Positions 63,120 through 64,000 of a DNA stretch of 64,000 bases are shown in pieces. The notes beneath the pieces were generated by a model. It saw only the letters and a program-made list of their open reading frames with translations. It was not told the origin of the DNA and searched no databases. The DNA is taken from positions 391,484 through 455,483 of the forward strand of contig JALDTO010000154.1 of assembly GCA_023515725.1 (NCBI GenBank). Direction: 5' to 3'. The stretch is from Amoeboaphelidium protococcarum X5 (Eukaryota; Fungi; Aphelidiomycota). The first letter of the stretch is position 1; each line of letters opens with the position of its first letter. A program made the position numbers and the translations under genes.

Positions 63120-63917
63120 ATGAGTGAGAAATCTAGTGCCAATCTGGTATCAGACTACAATAAGAAACGATTCTTGTCAAATCCTAGCAAGTACTGGAAC
63201 ATCTTCTACAAGAATAATACTTGCAACTTTTTCCGGGATAGACATTGGACTTTGAATGAATTCAAAGATTTGTAAGATGTATTTGAAGCGTCAAAGCTGA
63301 AGAAGCAGCGCGTTTTTGAGATTGGCTGCGGAGTGGGAAACTTTGTGTATCCTATCATGCAAGAGGCCTAGAAGGAAGAAGATATGGATATTGAATTCTA
63401 CGCTTGCGATTATGCTCCTAAAGCTATCGAGTTGTTTAAAGCTAATGAAATGTACAATGCGGACAAATGTCACGCGTTTGTTGCAGATATTACTGCTGAT
63501 TAGCCTTTTAAAGAGTATGTTCCTGCTGAATCCATAAATTTATGCTCAATGATATTTGTGTTAAGTGCGTTACAACCTTCTTAGCTATTAAAAGCGTTGT
63601 AAAATGTGCACCAGGTATTAGCTGAAGGTGGTGTTGTGATATTTAGAGATTACGCGGTTGGTGATTACGCGTAACATAGATTTGAAACTAGCCACGATCC
63701 TAAATGTATTGAGCGAAATTTATATCTTCGACAAGATGGAACACTCTCGTATTTCTTTCAACAATCTGAATTAGAAGATTTATTCAAAGAGGCGGGGTTT
63801 GGAGTTGTAAGAATAGAAGTTGTCAGCTCAAAAACTGTTAACAGGAAATTGGGATTAGATGCATAGAGATTATTCTTACAGGGAGTTTTCAAGAAATTAT
63901 CCAATGATTTAAAATGA
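63120..63917 (+). CDS. tRNA m3C methyltransferase, METTL6/Trm140 family
   Basis: KYWNIFYKNN..NFFRDRHW, FEIGCGVGN, YACDYAPKAI, MIFVLSAL, FRDY and YLRQDGTLSYFF. Confidence 0.92.
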
Positions 63918-64000
63918 TGTTAATAGATGAGTATTTCTTCAGTGTCATGTCCAATGCTATGTCACGCCCGTGGATCAAAATTGTTCAACGTCTCTTTTAC

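Overview
Gene-dense eukaryotic nuclear DNA using a non-standard genetic code: TAA/TAG = Gln and TGA is the only stop (translation table 6). The supplied standard-code ORF track therefore fragments almost every gene. Re-read by hand in table 6, the window holds about 28 host genes with few, short GT-AG introns. These include SRP receptor alpha, TRM8, EAF3, PEX10, an NHP10-like HMG protein, a PH-RasGEF, SYP1/FCHo, an RNF126-like RING protein, LSM3, ARFRP1, an STE20 kinase, RFC4, BST1, FIS1, a formin, MRPL22, a RhoGAP, Rab5, SEC13, an SLC35A transporter, RPL20 and METTL6. The fungal-like gene set plus TAR=Gln best fits an aphelid such as Amoeboaphelidium protococcarum (inference). The accessory content is the most interesting part. 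(1) A Fanzor2/IS607-TnpB-type RNA-guided nuclease gene at 190-2411 (-) has an intact D-E-D triad but has lost its zinc-finger cysteines. (2) A 2.78-kb non-autonomous TA-target TIR transposon at 36085-38867 carries only a Fanzor1 gene and a candidate omegaRNA, and is inserted into a bacterial-type AAA-ATPase/PD-(D/E)XK pseudogene. (3) An apparently intact 1187-aa DUF6729-like DDE transposase has flanking hairpins rather than clear TIRs. (4) A D-Ala-D-Ala-ligase-like ATP-grasp gene lies next to that transposase. All coordinates and translations were derived manually; no searches were run.
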